Shown here piece after piece: positions 1 through 6,660 of a DNA stretch of 38,884 bases. This DNA is from a virus (Duplodnaviria > Caudoviricetes), in IMG/VR virus record IMGVR_UViG_3300005238_000001, positions 1 through 38,884 of that record. The stretch is one strand, 5' to 3'. The translations under genes were made by a program, and so were the position numbers. Under the pieces are notes generated by a model. The model saw nothing but the letters and a program-made list of their open reading frames with translations. It made no database searches and was not told the DNA's origin. Each line of letters opens with the position of its first letter. Position 1 is the stretch's first letter.

Positions 1-22
1 TCAGTGGACTTGTTAGTTTCGG

Positions 23-490
23 TCACGATTTGAACTCCACGACTTTTTGTTCTGAGCGCGGAAGCATCTGACTGGCCTCCACGCGGTCGATGACTCGTTC
101 GCCGGTCGGCAACAGCATGTGCGGCATGAAAACGGCATCGAAGCTCAGCACGCCGCACTCGATGGCGGTTACCTGTCCCTTCACCCAGTCGCGGAGCACT
201 GAGCAGACGGCTACCCGACCGATCTCCAGCGCTTTACGGTCGTACGCCTGCCGGTCATTGCCCCGAACCGTGGCCCATGGGTGCGCCTTCTGCCAGGCCG
301 CCGCGTAGCCCTTCCAGGAGGCTTCCAGCGATATGCTCCGGTCGCGCCATTTGAACTGCACGATGGTCATGCCACGCTCGGCATCCACCATGTGCCCGAA
401 GCTCTGGCAACCGAACTTGCCCAGAATCTTCTGGATCTCCAGCAGCGCTTTGTCGCCGCTGGTCGCTGTCTCGTATGGAATGGTTGCCAT
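23..490 (-). CDS. Conserved phage hypothetical protein
   Basis: 155 aa ORF with globular composition, AGGA upstream, in line with the leftward operon. Confidence 0.8.
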   Translation of the reverse strand: MATIPYETATSGDKALLEIQKILGKFGCQSFGHMVDAERGMTIVQFKWRDRSISLEASWKGYAAAWQKAHPWATVRGNDRQAYDRKALEIGRVAVCSVLRDWVKGQVTAIECGVLSFDAVFMPHMLLPTGERVIDRVEASQMLPRSEQKVVEFKS

Positions 491-543
491 CTATTTTCCT
501 ATTGTTGCTTGCTTACAACATCGGCCATGTTGAGCCCAACATG

Positions 544-636
544 TCAGTCTTCCTCGCCTTCGGTCACAAACGCCATCAGGCGTAAGATCCCGACCACAAC
601 GAGGAGCCACCAACAGATGCCCAACACCCAGCTCAT
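544..636 (-). CDS. Small membrane peptide (30 aa, MSWVLGICWWLLVVVGILRLMAFVTEGEED)
   Basis: ATGA overlap with the stop of the LexA-like gene; one hydrophobic helix. Confidence 0.55.
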   Translation of the reverse strand: MSWVLGICWWLLVVVGILRLMAFVTEGEED

Positions 637-932
637 GACTTCAAACTCAACACCGGACGTGCCGGCAGGTTGGGATTCGCCATCACGTCCAACATGCTGA
701 TCTGCTCGGTGGGCATGGCAGTCAGTTGGATACCGCGGGCTGTGTTCGCGATCAGCCGGATGTGTCCCTTTCTCTCCAGGGCCTGCAGGTGCTGGTGAGC
801 GGCATTGGGGCTCTGGAACAGGAACGCTTTCGCAATCTCCGCCCGAGTGGGTGGGTAGCCGTTCGTGGCCATAAAGGTGCCGATGAACGCCAGGATGCGG
901 TTCTGCTGCGGAGTGAGGTCGGCGCAGTTCAT
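633..932 (-). CDS. LexA-type DNA-binding domain protein lacking the peptidase domain
   Basis: LTPQQNRILAFI...GYPPTRAEIAKAFLFQSPNAAHQHLQALERKGHI...ARGIQL matches the LexA winged helix; only 99 aa, no VAAG cleavage site or S24 domain. Confidence 0.9.
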   Translation of the reverse strand: MNCADLTPQQNRILAFIGTFMATNGYPPTRAEIAKAFLFQSPNAAHQHLQALERKGHIRLIANTARGIQLTAMPTEQISMLDVMANPNLPARPVLSLKS

Positions 933-1201
933 TTGTGCCTCGCGAGGTCGTACTGCGCTTGTAGCGCCAGCCAGAAGTGAGGCTCGTTACCAAACTCCCG
1001 TGCGATCCGTCTGGCCAAGGCGACCGTGATGCGCGAGTTGCCGTTCACGACGGACGACAGATGTTTCCGAGAGCACCTGAGTTCTCGGGCAGCCCGAGTG
1101 ATCGAGAAACCCAGCGGTTCGAGGTACATCGTCTGCAGGATCTCGCCCGGATGCGAAGGGGAATGCATGGGTCCCTTTCTCGCGATGAGTGTCTTCGTCA
1201 T
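929..1201 (-). CDS. higA: HigA-family antitoxin (XRE HTH), orphan
   Basis: HPGEILQTMYLEPLGFSIT...ITVALARRIAREFGNEPHFWLALQAQYDL is the HigA signature; start at 1201 from ATGA coupling. Confidence 0.9.
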   Translation of the reverse strand: MTKTLIARKGPMHSPSHPGEILQTMYLEPLGFSITRAARELRCSRKHLSSVVNGNSRITVALARRIAREFGNEPHFWLALQAQYDLARHK

Positions 1202-1368
1202 CGCTGGCACCCACACGGATTGGCAGTATCCGTGCCCCTGCAATGCGGACCCGACAGACTCTCGGGCGGATACTCCGGACCGTCCTTTGGTGGGTGGGTT
1301 GCTATCCACCAGATGGACACGCCAATGAGGAGCAGGGCGCCGAGAATCCCCAGCCAGATGCGCTTCAT
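1198..1368 (-). CDS. Small membrane-anchored Cys-containing protein (56 aa)
   Basis: MKRIWLGILGALLLIGVSIWW hydrophobic N-terminus, GAGG RBS, stop overlaps higA start. Confidence 0.6.
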   Translation of the reverse strand: MKRIWLGILGALLLIGVSIWWIATHPPKDGPEYPPESLSGPHCRGTDTANPCGCQR

Positions 1369-1378
1369 GGCTGCACCT

Positions 1379-1759
1379 CTAGCCGGCCGCAAACTCCCAT
1401 TGGTCTGGTAGGGGCTGCTCTTCGTATTCCTGAGCATCCTGGGCGGCCAGAGCGGCCTTCAGAGCCCGGTTCTCGCTCCGGTAGGTCGCGAGCTGAGACT
1501 GGTGAAACTGAGCCGCCAAAACGGAGCCTGGAGTCGATAGCCAGTTCTCCGGCGAGCACAGTTCGCCGCGGTCGTTGATCCTCCAGCCGGCCCAATCGGG
1601 ATGGAAACAGCCGAGGTCCCGTCTGAGTAGCGCGGTAGCTGTATAAGGCAGGCAATATGCCCCGCGCTTCCAGCGTCGAGCTGTCGCAGGATCGACCTTG
1701 CAAATCCGCACTATGTCCTTGACGGATAAGCCCCAAAGATCGTTTTCGACCTTCGCCAT
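1379..1759 (-). CDS. HTH + DUF3653 protein, XafT/VC1465-like Xer recombination activation factor
   Basis: N-terminal HTH (LSVKDIVRICKVDPATARRWKRG), then DLGCFHPDWAGWRINDRGELCSPENWLSTPGSV (WxGW...G.L.SP motif of DUF3653) and a coiled coil; adjacent to the dif-like site. Confidence 0.8.
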   Translation of the reverse strand: MAKVENDLWGLSVKDIVRICKVDPATARRWKRGAYCLPYTATALLRRDLGCFHPDWAGWRINDRGELCSPENWLSTPGSVLAAQFHQSQLATYRSENRALKAALAAQDAQEYEEQPLPDQWEFAAG

Positions 1760-1782
1760 TGACCCACGGTAGCACCTTGCGA

Positions 1783-1810
1783 GGTGCATATAATGTATAT
1801 AAGGGAAATA
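1783..1810 (+). other. dif-like Xer recombination site, putative attP
   Basis: GGTGCATATAA-TGTATA-TAAGGGAAATA versus E. coli dif GGTGCGCATAA-TGTATA-TTATGTTAAAT: XerC arm 9/11, spacer 6/6, XerD arm 5/11; AT-rich intergenic position. Confidence 0.8.
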
Positions 1811-1841
1811 CAGTATGTTGGAATGAGTGCGACATCGCAAA

Positions 1842-2099
1842 TTACTCGTGTATTTTAGAGTTGTTGGATTGTAAATCGCCATCTCTCAAAGCGCGATGCA
1901 GAGAGGGGCGGGCAAAATGCCTGCGGTGCTCAGGTACCTTTTCAGGGCCGAATTTCAGCCTCATTTCAGCCAGCGCCCGGTGAGCGGTGGCGATGGAGCA
2001 GTTGAAATACGTGGCGCATTCGGCGATCGACATGCCCACCTCGCGGAACTGGCGCATCTCGAACTTCTCAACGGCCTTCAGGTTTTTCTCGCGTCTCAT
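1842..2099 (-). CDS. Small HTH DNA-binding protein
   Basis: GMSIAECATYFNCSIATAHRAL HTH; GGAGG RBS upstream of ATG 2099. Confidence 0.7.
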   Translation of the reverse strand: MRREKNLKAVEKFEMRQFREVGMSIAECATYFNCSIATAHRALAEMRLKFGPEKVPEHRRHFARPSLHRALRDGDLQSNNSKIHE

Positions 2100-2439
2100 C
2101 GCGGATGACCTCCTGCACCATGTCGATTGCAAGTTCTCGGGGACAGTCGAACCATTCCCCGGTAACGCGGAATTCGGCCAGCACTGCATGACACATGCGC
2201 TCCGCGTCGTTCACACGATCCATGAGGGGCGGAGAGACATAGAGCGGCGGCTCGAGCCACGGATTGGAAGTCCTCATCTGGTGCCACCGTCGATAGATGC
2301 TGAACTTGGTCATTCCGACCTTCACATACTGCTGCGCGCCCAACACGTAGATGTATCCCCACGGCAGACACAGTTCGTCTCGCACCAACACAAGAGACCG
2401 AGGCGTCATGTCCTTCCATCGCTGGCGTCTGTTTGTCAT
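2068..2439 (-). CDS. GIY-YIG / T5orf172-domain nuclease
   Basis: GYIYVL...YVKVGMT...RRWHQMRTSNP...AERMCHAVLAEFRVTGEWF pattern. Confidence 0.85.
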   Translation of the reverse strand: MTNRRQRWKDMTPRSLVLVRDELCLPWGYIYVLGAQQYVKVGMTKFSIYRRWHQMRTSNPWLEPPLYVSPPLMDRVNDAERMCHAVLAEFRVTGEWFDCPRELAIDMVQEVIRDETREKPEGR

Positions 2440-2519
2440 GGCTCAATGCTAGGCCAACAAACTTCTGAAAGGCATATACATCATGCGAACTTTCGCGGTG
2501 ATTCATTTGCGGAACATCC

Positions 2520-2906
2520 TCAGTAGCCACCGCCAACCCGACGCGGAACGACTTTGCTGGAGGGCCAAAGGGTCGGATCGTTGACGGTTACCTGCACCCG
2601 CTCCCACAGACTGCGGTCGCTGCCGAAGATCCGACTGAACGCTTTGCTCCCGTCCGAGATCGCTACCCGGTACCTCGATGACAAAGCCCGGATCGTCACC
2701 GAATCCCAGATCCCTCGATGGTGTCCCGGACACAGAAAAATACTGTGGGCGTGTGATATCCGGCGCCCCGACTCCAGCAGGTGGTGCAATTCGAGTGAGT
2801 GTTGATTGAGCCACCCGGCATGCGCGCAGGCTACGCATCCGAGAGGTCGCATCTTCTCGATGCGTTCGCGCTCTGCTTTTGTCGGTGGGCCAAGGGATGA
2901 TTTCAT
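2520..2906 (-). CDS. ref: Ref-family RecA-dependent (recombination enhancement) HNH-like nuclease
   Basis: TKAERERIEKMRPLGCVAC...ELHHL...GRRISH..SIFLCPGHHRG...KAF...FGSD. Confidence 0.8.
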   Translation of the reverse strand: MKSSLGPPTKAERERIEKMRPLGCVACAHAGWLNQHSLELHHLLESGRRISHAHSIFLCPGHHRGIWDSVTIRALSSRYRVAISDGSKAFSRIFGSDRSLWERVQVTVNDPTLWPSSKVVPRRVGGGY

Positions 2907-3362
2907 TCACGCGGCTCTCCCGTAATGCTCATCGGCATACTTGGCAACCTCGGCTTCCAGCTCGGGGCGCGATACTGAAAGGATCTTGGCGCAGATTGTC
3001 ATCATCGCCGCCATCACTTCACCAAACTCTGCATCGTCTGGAATGGCGTCGTAGCTGAGGCTTTTCGGGACGGTAATGAATTCCCCGTTGAGCGTTACAA
3101 ACGCTTCGCAGTGCCCGGCCTCCAAGGCAACCGCCTGGCGGAACTTCTTGAAGGTCGGGATGCTCTGCGCGTATTTCTCAGGCAGATGCTCGTAAGTCAT
3201 GTTGAGCAGCGCCATGCACAACTTGTGGTGTTGGTACGAGCGGGGTTTCACCATGTCCGCCCGGTACACCTCTCCGACCTTGTACTTGCGCAAGAGCGAC
3301 ATGCTCGGTTCATCGGCAGGTACGAGGCCGGAGAGGGTGCGTCGAAGGTAAATACGTGCCAT
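2907..3362 (-). CDS. DUF1367-family (nin-region) protein
   Basis: GLVPAD...KYKVGEVYRADMVKPRSYQHHK...PKSLSY...EF pattern. Confidence 0.7.
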   Translation of the reverse strand: MARIYLRRTLSGLVPADEPSMSLLRKYKVGEVYRADMVKPRSYQHHKLCMALLNMTYEHLPEKYAQSIPTFKKFRQAVALEAGHCEAFVTLNGEFITVPKSLSYDAIPDDAEFGEVMAAMMTICAKILSVSRPELEAEVAKYADEHYGRAA

Positions 3363-3363
3363 G

Positions 3364-3588
3364 TCAGAATCTCGGTGGTGCCCAGTTGAGCGGCACAACA
3401 ACGTGACGTGCCTGCCCGTTAGATCGTTTCACACGGATGCCTTCCTCACGCCTGCGCTCGCGCCATTCAGAGAGGCGGACGCGGTTGCACTCCCGGCAAA
3501 CCTGTCGCATCCCCAATTTTTTCCCTTTGCTCTGGACCGCCAGGCGCTGCGGGGTATCTGGATGCCATTTGAGACACGCTTTGATCAT
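3364..3588 (-). CDS. Small putative zinc-binding protein
   Basis: CxxxH...CRECNR, basic tail; ATGA coupling to erf. Confidence 0.6.
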   Translation of the reverse strand: MIKACLKWHPDTPQRLAVQSKGKKLGMRQVCRECNRVRLSEWRERRREEGIRVKRSNGQARHVVVPLNWAPPRF

Positions 3589-4211
3589 GCGACCGCCTTC
3601 ATACGCTTCAGAATCACATTGATGGAGTCGCGTTCAGCGTTCGTCAGGAGCTTCCAAGCGGCCTTGTAGGTCGCAGGATCGGCCCGCGCGCTGTCCCAAA
3701 TCTCATAGACTGCGTCATCGATACCCACATTGAGCGCATCCACAAAGCGCTTACCGAGTGCTTGAGCAGGGGTGAGCACGTTGTGGACTTCTGCATCAGC
3801 CTCGACCGCCGTCGCCTCTGTGGGGATGCAGAAGGCCTGGAAGCAGGCGTACTTGTAGGCGATGGACATGGCTTTGTTGGATGCCTTGTCACCGGAGTCC
3901 ATGCCCTCGCCAATCACCGGCCCGACCGTGTGCTTGGAACCGTCCTCGGCGGCAATGAAATCAAACTCCATCTCCAAGGCCACACAGAAGAGAGTTCCGC
4001 CGCTCTTGCTCTCACGTTGCAGGACATCACGCTTCAGCACCCGCGGCAGCACTAGAAGGCCGTGCTTCGAGAGGATCGGAGCGAGCGCGTTCATGACATC
4101 ATCCACACCGCGGTAGTTGAATCCCTGCTGCTGGTTGCGCTTGTCCTTACCGATACCGACCTTCGCCATGTCGGCCATCACACCCAGAATCTTTCCGTAC
4201 ACGAGGCTCAT
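3585..4211 (-). CDS. erf: ERF-family ssDNA annealing recombinase
   Basis: KDKRNQQQGFNYRGVDDV...GEGMDSGDKASNKAMSIAYKYACFQAFCIPT; GGAG RBS before ATG 4211. Confidence 0.92.
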   Translation of the reverse strand: MSLVYGKILGVMADMAKVGIGKDKRNQQQGFNYRGVDDVMNALAPILSKHGLLVLPRVLKRDVLQRESKSGGTLFCVALEMEFDFIAAEDGSKHTVGPVIGEGMDSGDKASNKAMSIAYKYACFQAFCIPTEATAVEADAEVHNVLTPAQALGKRFVDALNVGIDDAVYEIWDSARADPATYKAAWKLLTNAERDSINVILKRMKAVA

Positions 4212-4408
4212 TTCGGGCTCCAATAGTCTCTGTTAGCCTTCTGCTTCAAATACAACTCGTCATATGGCTGACGCTTGACCGGGGGTCTTGGCTGTGCCTG
4301 AGGCTCCAACGGCCCAGGAGTGTTGATCTGCTCAATATCCTCGGCCGACATGGGTGCGTGCTGATCCAGCAGATGCACCATGCGATCTTGGAAAGCCGTG
4401 CGTCTCAT
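4208..4408 (-). CDS. Hypothetical protein
   Basis: ATGA-coupled at both ends in the leftward operon. Confidence 0.6.
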   Translation of the reverse strand: MRRTAFQDRMVHLLDQHAPMSAEDIEQINTPGPLEPQAQPRPPVKRQPYDELYLKQKANRDYWSPK

Positions 4409-4584
4409 GCCGTCAACCTCGGCCATGCGCGGCGCTCAACGTCCAGTTGTTCCAACTCTCGTCGCGCTTCTGAGAGCTTCGCGTGAGCCTGTTGAAATCG
4501 CTTCGTCCATTCGTTCGAGAACGGAGCGGGGTAATACGGCACTTCATCCCCGCGTCCACCGAAGTCTTCGGGTTGGTCGTCCAT
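4405..4584 (-). CDS. Hypothetical protein (59 aa, MDDQPEDFGG...; short coiled coil)
   Basis: Hand-translated ORF below the track cutoff that fills the operon gap, with ATGA overlap. Confidence 0.6.
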   Translation of the reverse strand: MDDQPEDFGGRGDEVPYYPAPFSNEWTKRFQQAHAKLSEARRELEQLDVERRAWPRLTA

Positions 4585-4585
4585 G

Positions 4586-4768
4586 TCAGTTTGCCTGCCG
4601 CTTCATCATGGACACTTCAAACTGCCCGGTGCGCTCGCACAGAGGGGAGGGCGCGGGAAGCTTGCGATTTCTCGGCCGATACTTCGGCCCGTGCGCCAAG
4701 AAAGAAATCACCCACAGCGTTGAGAGAATCCACAGGCAGATATCGAGTGCGAGGTGTGCGTTGGTCAT
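4586..4768 (-). CDS. Small membrane protein
   Basis: One TM segment (ICLWILSTLWVISFL), ATGA coupling. Confidence 0.6.
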   Translation of the reverse strand: MTNAHLALDICLWILSTLWVISFLAHGPKYRPRNRKLPAPSPLCERTGQFEVSMMKRQAN

Positions 4769-4956
4769 GACGGCTGATCCAGTGCGGCACTGACAACCTG
4801 CGCCTGCTCCTTCAGAAGATCATCGATCTCCTTGCGAGCCTGGGTATCACCCATCGCAGCTCGTGCAATGGCCGCTCCGATGAGCGCCGAGTACGCCTGG
4901 TAGGCCGGCGACTCCATCGCATGGAACAGCTTGTCCAGGTGCGTGATCGTCTTCAC
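4765..4956 (-). CDS. Hypothetical protein, first gene of the PL operon
   Basis: GTG start at 4956 preceded by GGGAGAG; directly downstream of PL. Confidence 0.65.
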   Translation of the reverse strand: MKTITHLDKLFHAMESPAYQAYSALIGAAIARAAMGDTQARKEIDDLLKEQAQVVSAALDQPS

Positions 4957-4992
4957 TTCTCTCTCCCGATTGGCCGTGGGCCAGTGAGAGAG

Positions 4993-5021
4993 ACTATAAC
5001 CAGCGCGGTAACAGGTGTCAA
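4993..5021 (-). promoter_or_regulatory. Leftward early promoter PL (sigma70)
   Basis: Minus strand TTGACA (5021-5016), 17 bp spacer, TATAGT (4998-4993). Confidence 0.85.
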
Positions 5022-5037
5022 TACCAGAATGGTAATA
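4995..5037. promoter_or_regulatory. Two repressor operators (OL1, OL2)
   Basis: TATAACCA-GCG-CGGTAACA (4995-5013) and CAATACCA-GAA-TGGTAATA (5019-5037), 24 bp apart; same motif as at PR. Confidence 0.75.
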
Positions 5038-5039
5038 GG

Positions 5040-5055
5040 TGTGAATATTTTCACA
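5040..5055. promoter_or_regulatory. CRP/Clp-type binding site
   Basis: Perfect TGTGA-ATATTT-TCACA, centred about -61.5 from the predicted PL start. Confidence 0.7.
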
Positions 5056-5172
5056 CGCCAATACCCGCGATGGGTATATCCCTTGGTCTAATCCAAGTTA
5101 AGAATTATTCAGGTGGCTGATGAGATATCGGATCGAGCGATTGCAGAATGGCCAGTACGTCTGCGTCTGTAA

Positions 5173-5517
5173 TCAGGTCCGTGACTTGGTCAAACCCTGA
5201 TCGGGCGCTGAGGCCTGGAGCTCGAGCAACAATTTGACTGCGGTGCGGCGGTCGGCTGTGGCGTTGCGGTAAGCCTCTATAAGGGCAGACTCTTCGTCTG
5301 AGGGGTGTATATGGTCCATCCAGCCCTTCTCCAGCTTGTAGTTTTTCTCTACATCGCGAGCCACCTCTGGGCCGATCTGCTTGGTACCCCGAAGCCATCG
5401 GTTCACCAGATTAGGCTCGATTCCCAAAGCCCGTCCCATGGCCGATTGATTGCCTTCGTGGCGTTGAGCACAGAGTTGCTGCAGGTTTTTCCTGCGAGTG
5501 GAATAGACATCCTCCAT
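5173..5517 (-). CDS. cI: CI-like phage repressor (HTH, no S24 peptidase domain)
   Basis: RRKNLQQL...NQSAMGRALGIEPNLVNRWLRG...IG...ARDVE...GWMD; divergent from cro. Confidence 0.85.
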   Translation of the reverse strand: MEDVYSTRRKNLQQLCAQRHEGNQSAMGRALGIEPNLVNRWLRGTKQIGPEVARDVEKNYKLEKGWMDHIHPSDEESALIEAYRNATADRRTAVKLLLELQASAPDQGLTKSRT

Positions 5518-5534
5518 CCCTAAAGCGTGGATGT

Positions 5535-5604
5535 TATTACCATTTAGCGAAATGAGCGATCTGGTAACAGCTGCTTGCGGCGCTATTACCACGGTGGTTA
5601 TACT
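5535..5604 (+). promoter_or_regulatory. OR operators and rightward promoter PR
   Basis: TATTACCA-CGG-TGGTTATA (5584-5602), half-sites TATTACCA (5535) and TGGTAACA (5562); TTGCGG-18-TATACT (5575-5604). Confidence 0.7.
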
Positions 5605-5611
5605 ACCGGAC

Positions 5612-5830
5612 ATGGATCTTCGAAAGTTCCTCGACGCAATGAAACCGGCCGAGCGGCGTGAATTTGCTGCCCGATGTGGGACGACCGCCAATTACCTGGC
5701 GCAACTGCACTACGGCATCAAGCCGCCTGGACCTGCCATGGCCAAAATGCTGCACGAGCAAAGTGGCCGTCGCATCCCTCTTGAATCGTTACGCCCTGAT
5801 ATTTGGGGCCAGTCGTCCGCTCGCAATTAG
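5612..5830 (+). CDS. cro: Cro/YdaS-like HTH regulator
   Basis: RREFAARCGTTANYLAQL...LESLRPDIW motif; divergent from the repressor. Confidence 0.88.
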   Translation: MDLRKFLDAMKPAERREFAARCGTTANYLAQLHYGIKPPGPAMAKMLHEQSGRRIPLESLRPDIWGQSSARN

Positions 5831-5901
5831 TTTTTGTTACTGACATGGTAACAAGACAATCACGAGTCGCAAGCGCAACGCAACATAACGCCTGTTATTA
5901 C

Positions 5902-6042
5902 TTAGCGTCCTCTGTCTCGGATGTCGATGAGCAGTTGATAGATCAGGTCGAGTTTCCTGCTCAAATCGGTCAGGGTATTGCCGCAGGCAACGATTCCCCA
6001 ACCGAGGACGCCGATCAGCGTCCAGAATTGCCATGTAAGCAT
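5902..6042 (-). CDS. Small membrane protein (46 aa, MLTWQFWTLIGVLGWGIVACGNTLTDLSRKLDLIYQLLIDIRDRGR)
   Basis: Hand-translated; AAGGA RBS; TM helix followed by a coiled coil. Confidence 0.6.
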   Translation of the reverse strand: MLTWQFWTLIGVLGWGIVACGNTLTDLSRKLDLIYQLLIDIRDRGR

Positions 6043-6306
6043 CTTTCGGAGTCCTTTGCGGTTGGTTGTGGACGTGAGACACCCACAGCTTATCGCACTG
6101 GACTCTCGATTCCCCTAGGCGCGGTTTCCCTTCATCGCCGCGCGCTCCTGGCCGAGGTGACCGGTATTCCCGGCGCCTCGGCATTTTCTTTCCCCGGTCC
6201 ACATACGCCCGTAGTTGGTTGCGTATCGCGTTCAGCAGAGCTGTGCGCGCTGGGGACCTATTCACCGCAGCATTTCGCGTGCCGCGACTGCGCTGCTTCT
6301 TTCGGA

Positions 6307-6345
6307 AATAAAAAACCCCAGGTGGGAGGTAACCAACCTGGGGTT
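6307..6345 (-). terminator. Hairpin with T-tract on the minus strand (intrinsic terminator or RNA element)
   Basis: AACCCCAGGT (6314-6323) / ACCTGGGGTT (6336-6345) preceded by an A-run. Confidence 0.55.
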
Positions 6346-6660
6346 CTCGTTGATGCTGTTACGGCGCATCGCCGGTATGCCACTTCGGTGAGCAGTATCA
6401 ACGAGTTTCGATCGGTTGCCAAGGCCGTCGGGCCGGAAAGGTACGAGTGCGTCACGTCACGACACGTGAACTGTCGATGGAACTAGGTCGCTAGGCGCCA
6501 AAGGCTGAATACCGGGCTCTGATGTCGCCACTTGCATCCCGGACCCGTAAGGGGAAGGACGAGTACCCCCAGCGAGAGCTGGTCAGGTTCGCTGAACGAG
6601 CAACTAACAGGCTCGGGATACGAACCGGAGGGGGAAAGTGGCCTCGCTTTGGGAAAACAC

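Noticed and set aside
1794-1815. Possible SOS box (TGTATA...ATACAG)
   Set aside because: Spacing does not fit CTGT-N8-ACAG; better explained as a dif-like site
1760-1882. N-terminal extension of the DUF3653 ORF
   Set aside because: Runs through the AT-rich dif-like site; the HTH begins only after Met at 1759
5061-5077. Palindrome ATACCC-GCGAT-GGGTAT as a third OL operator
   Set aside because: Half-site spacing is 2 bp longer than in the other operators; role unclear
5837-6265. 142 aa minus-strand ORF
   Set aside because: Arg-rich and shadow-like; only the N-terminal helix looks plausible, so unsupported
5803-6486. 227 aa + strand ORF in the cII/O position
   Set aside because: No RBS or recognisable motif, atypical composition, and it overlaps a more convincing antisense mini-gene and hairpins; cannot be fully excluded
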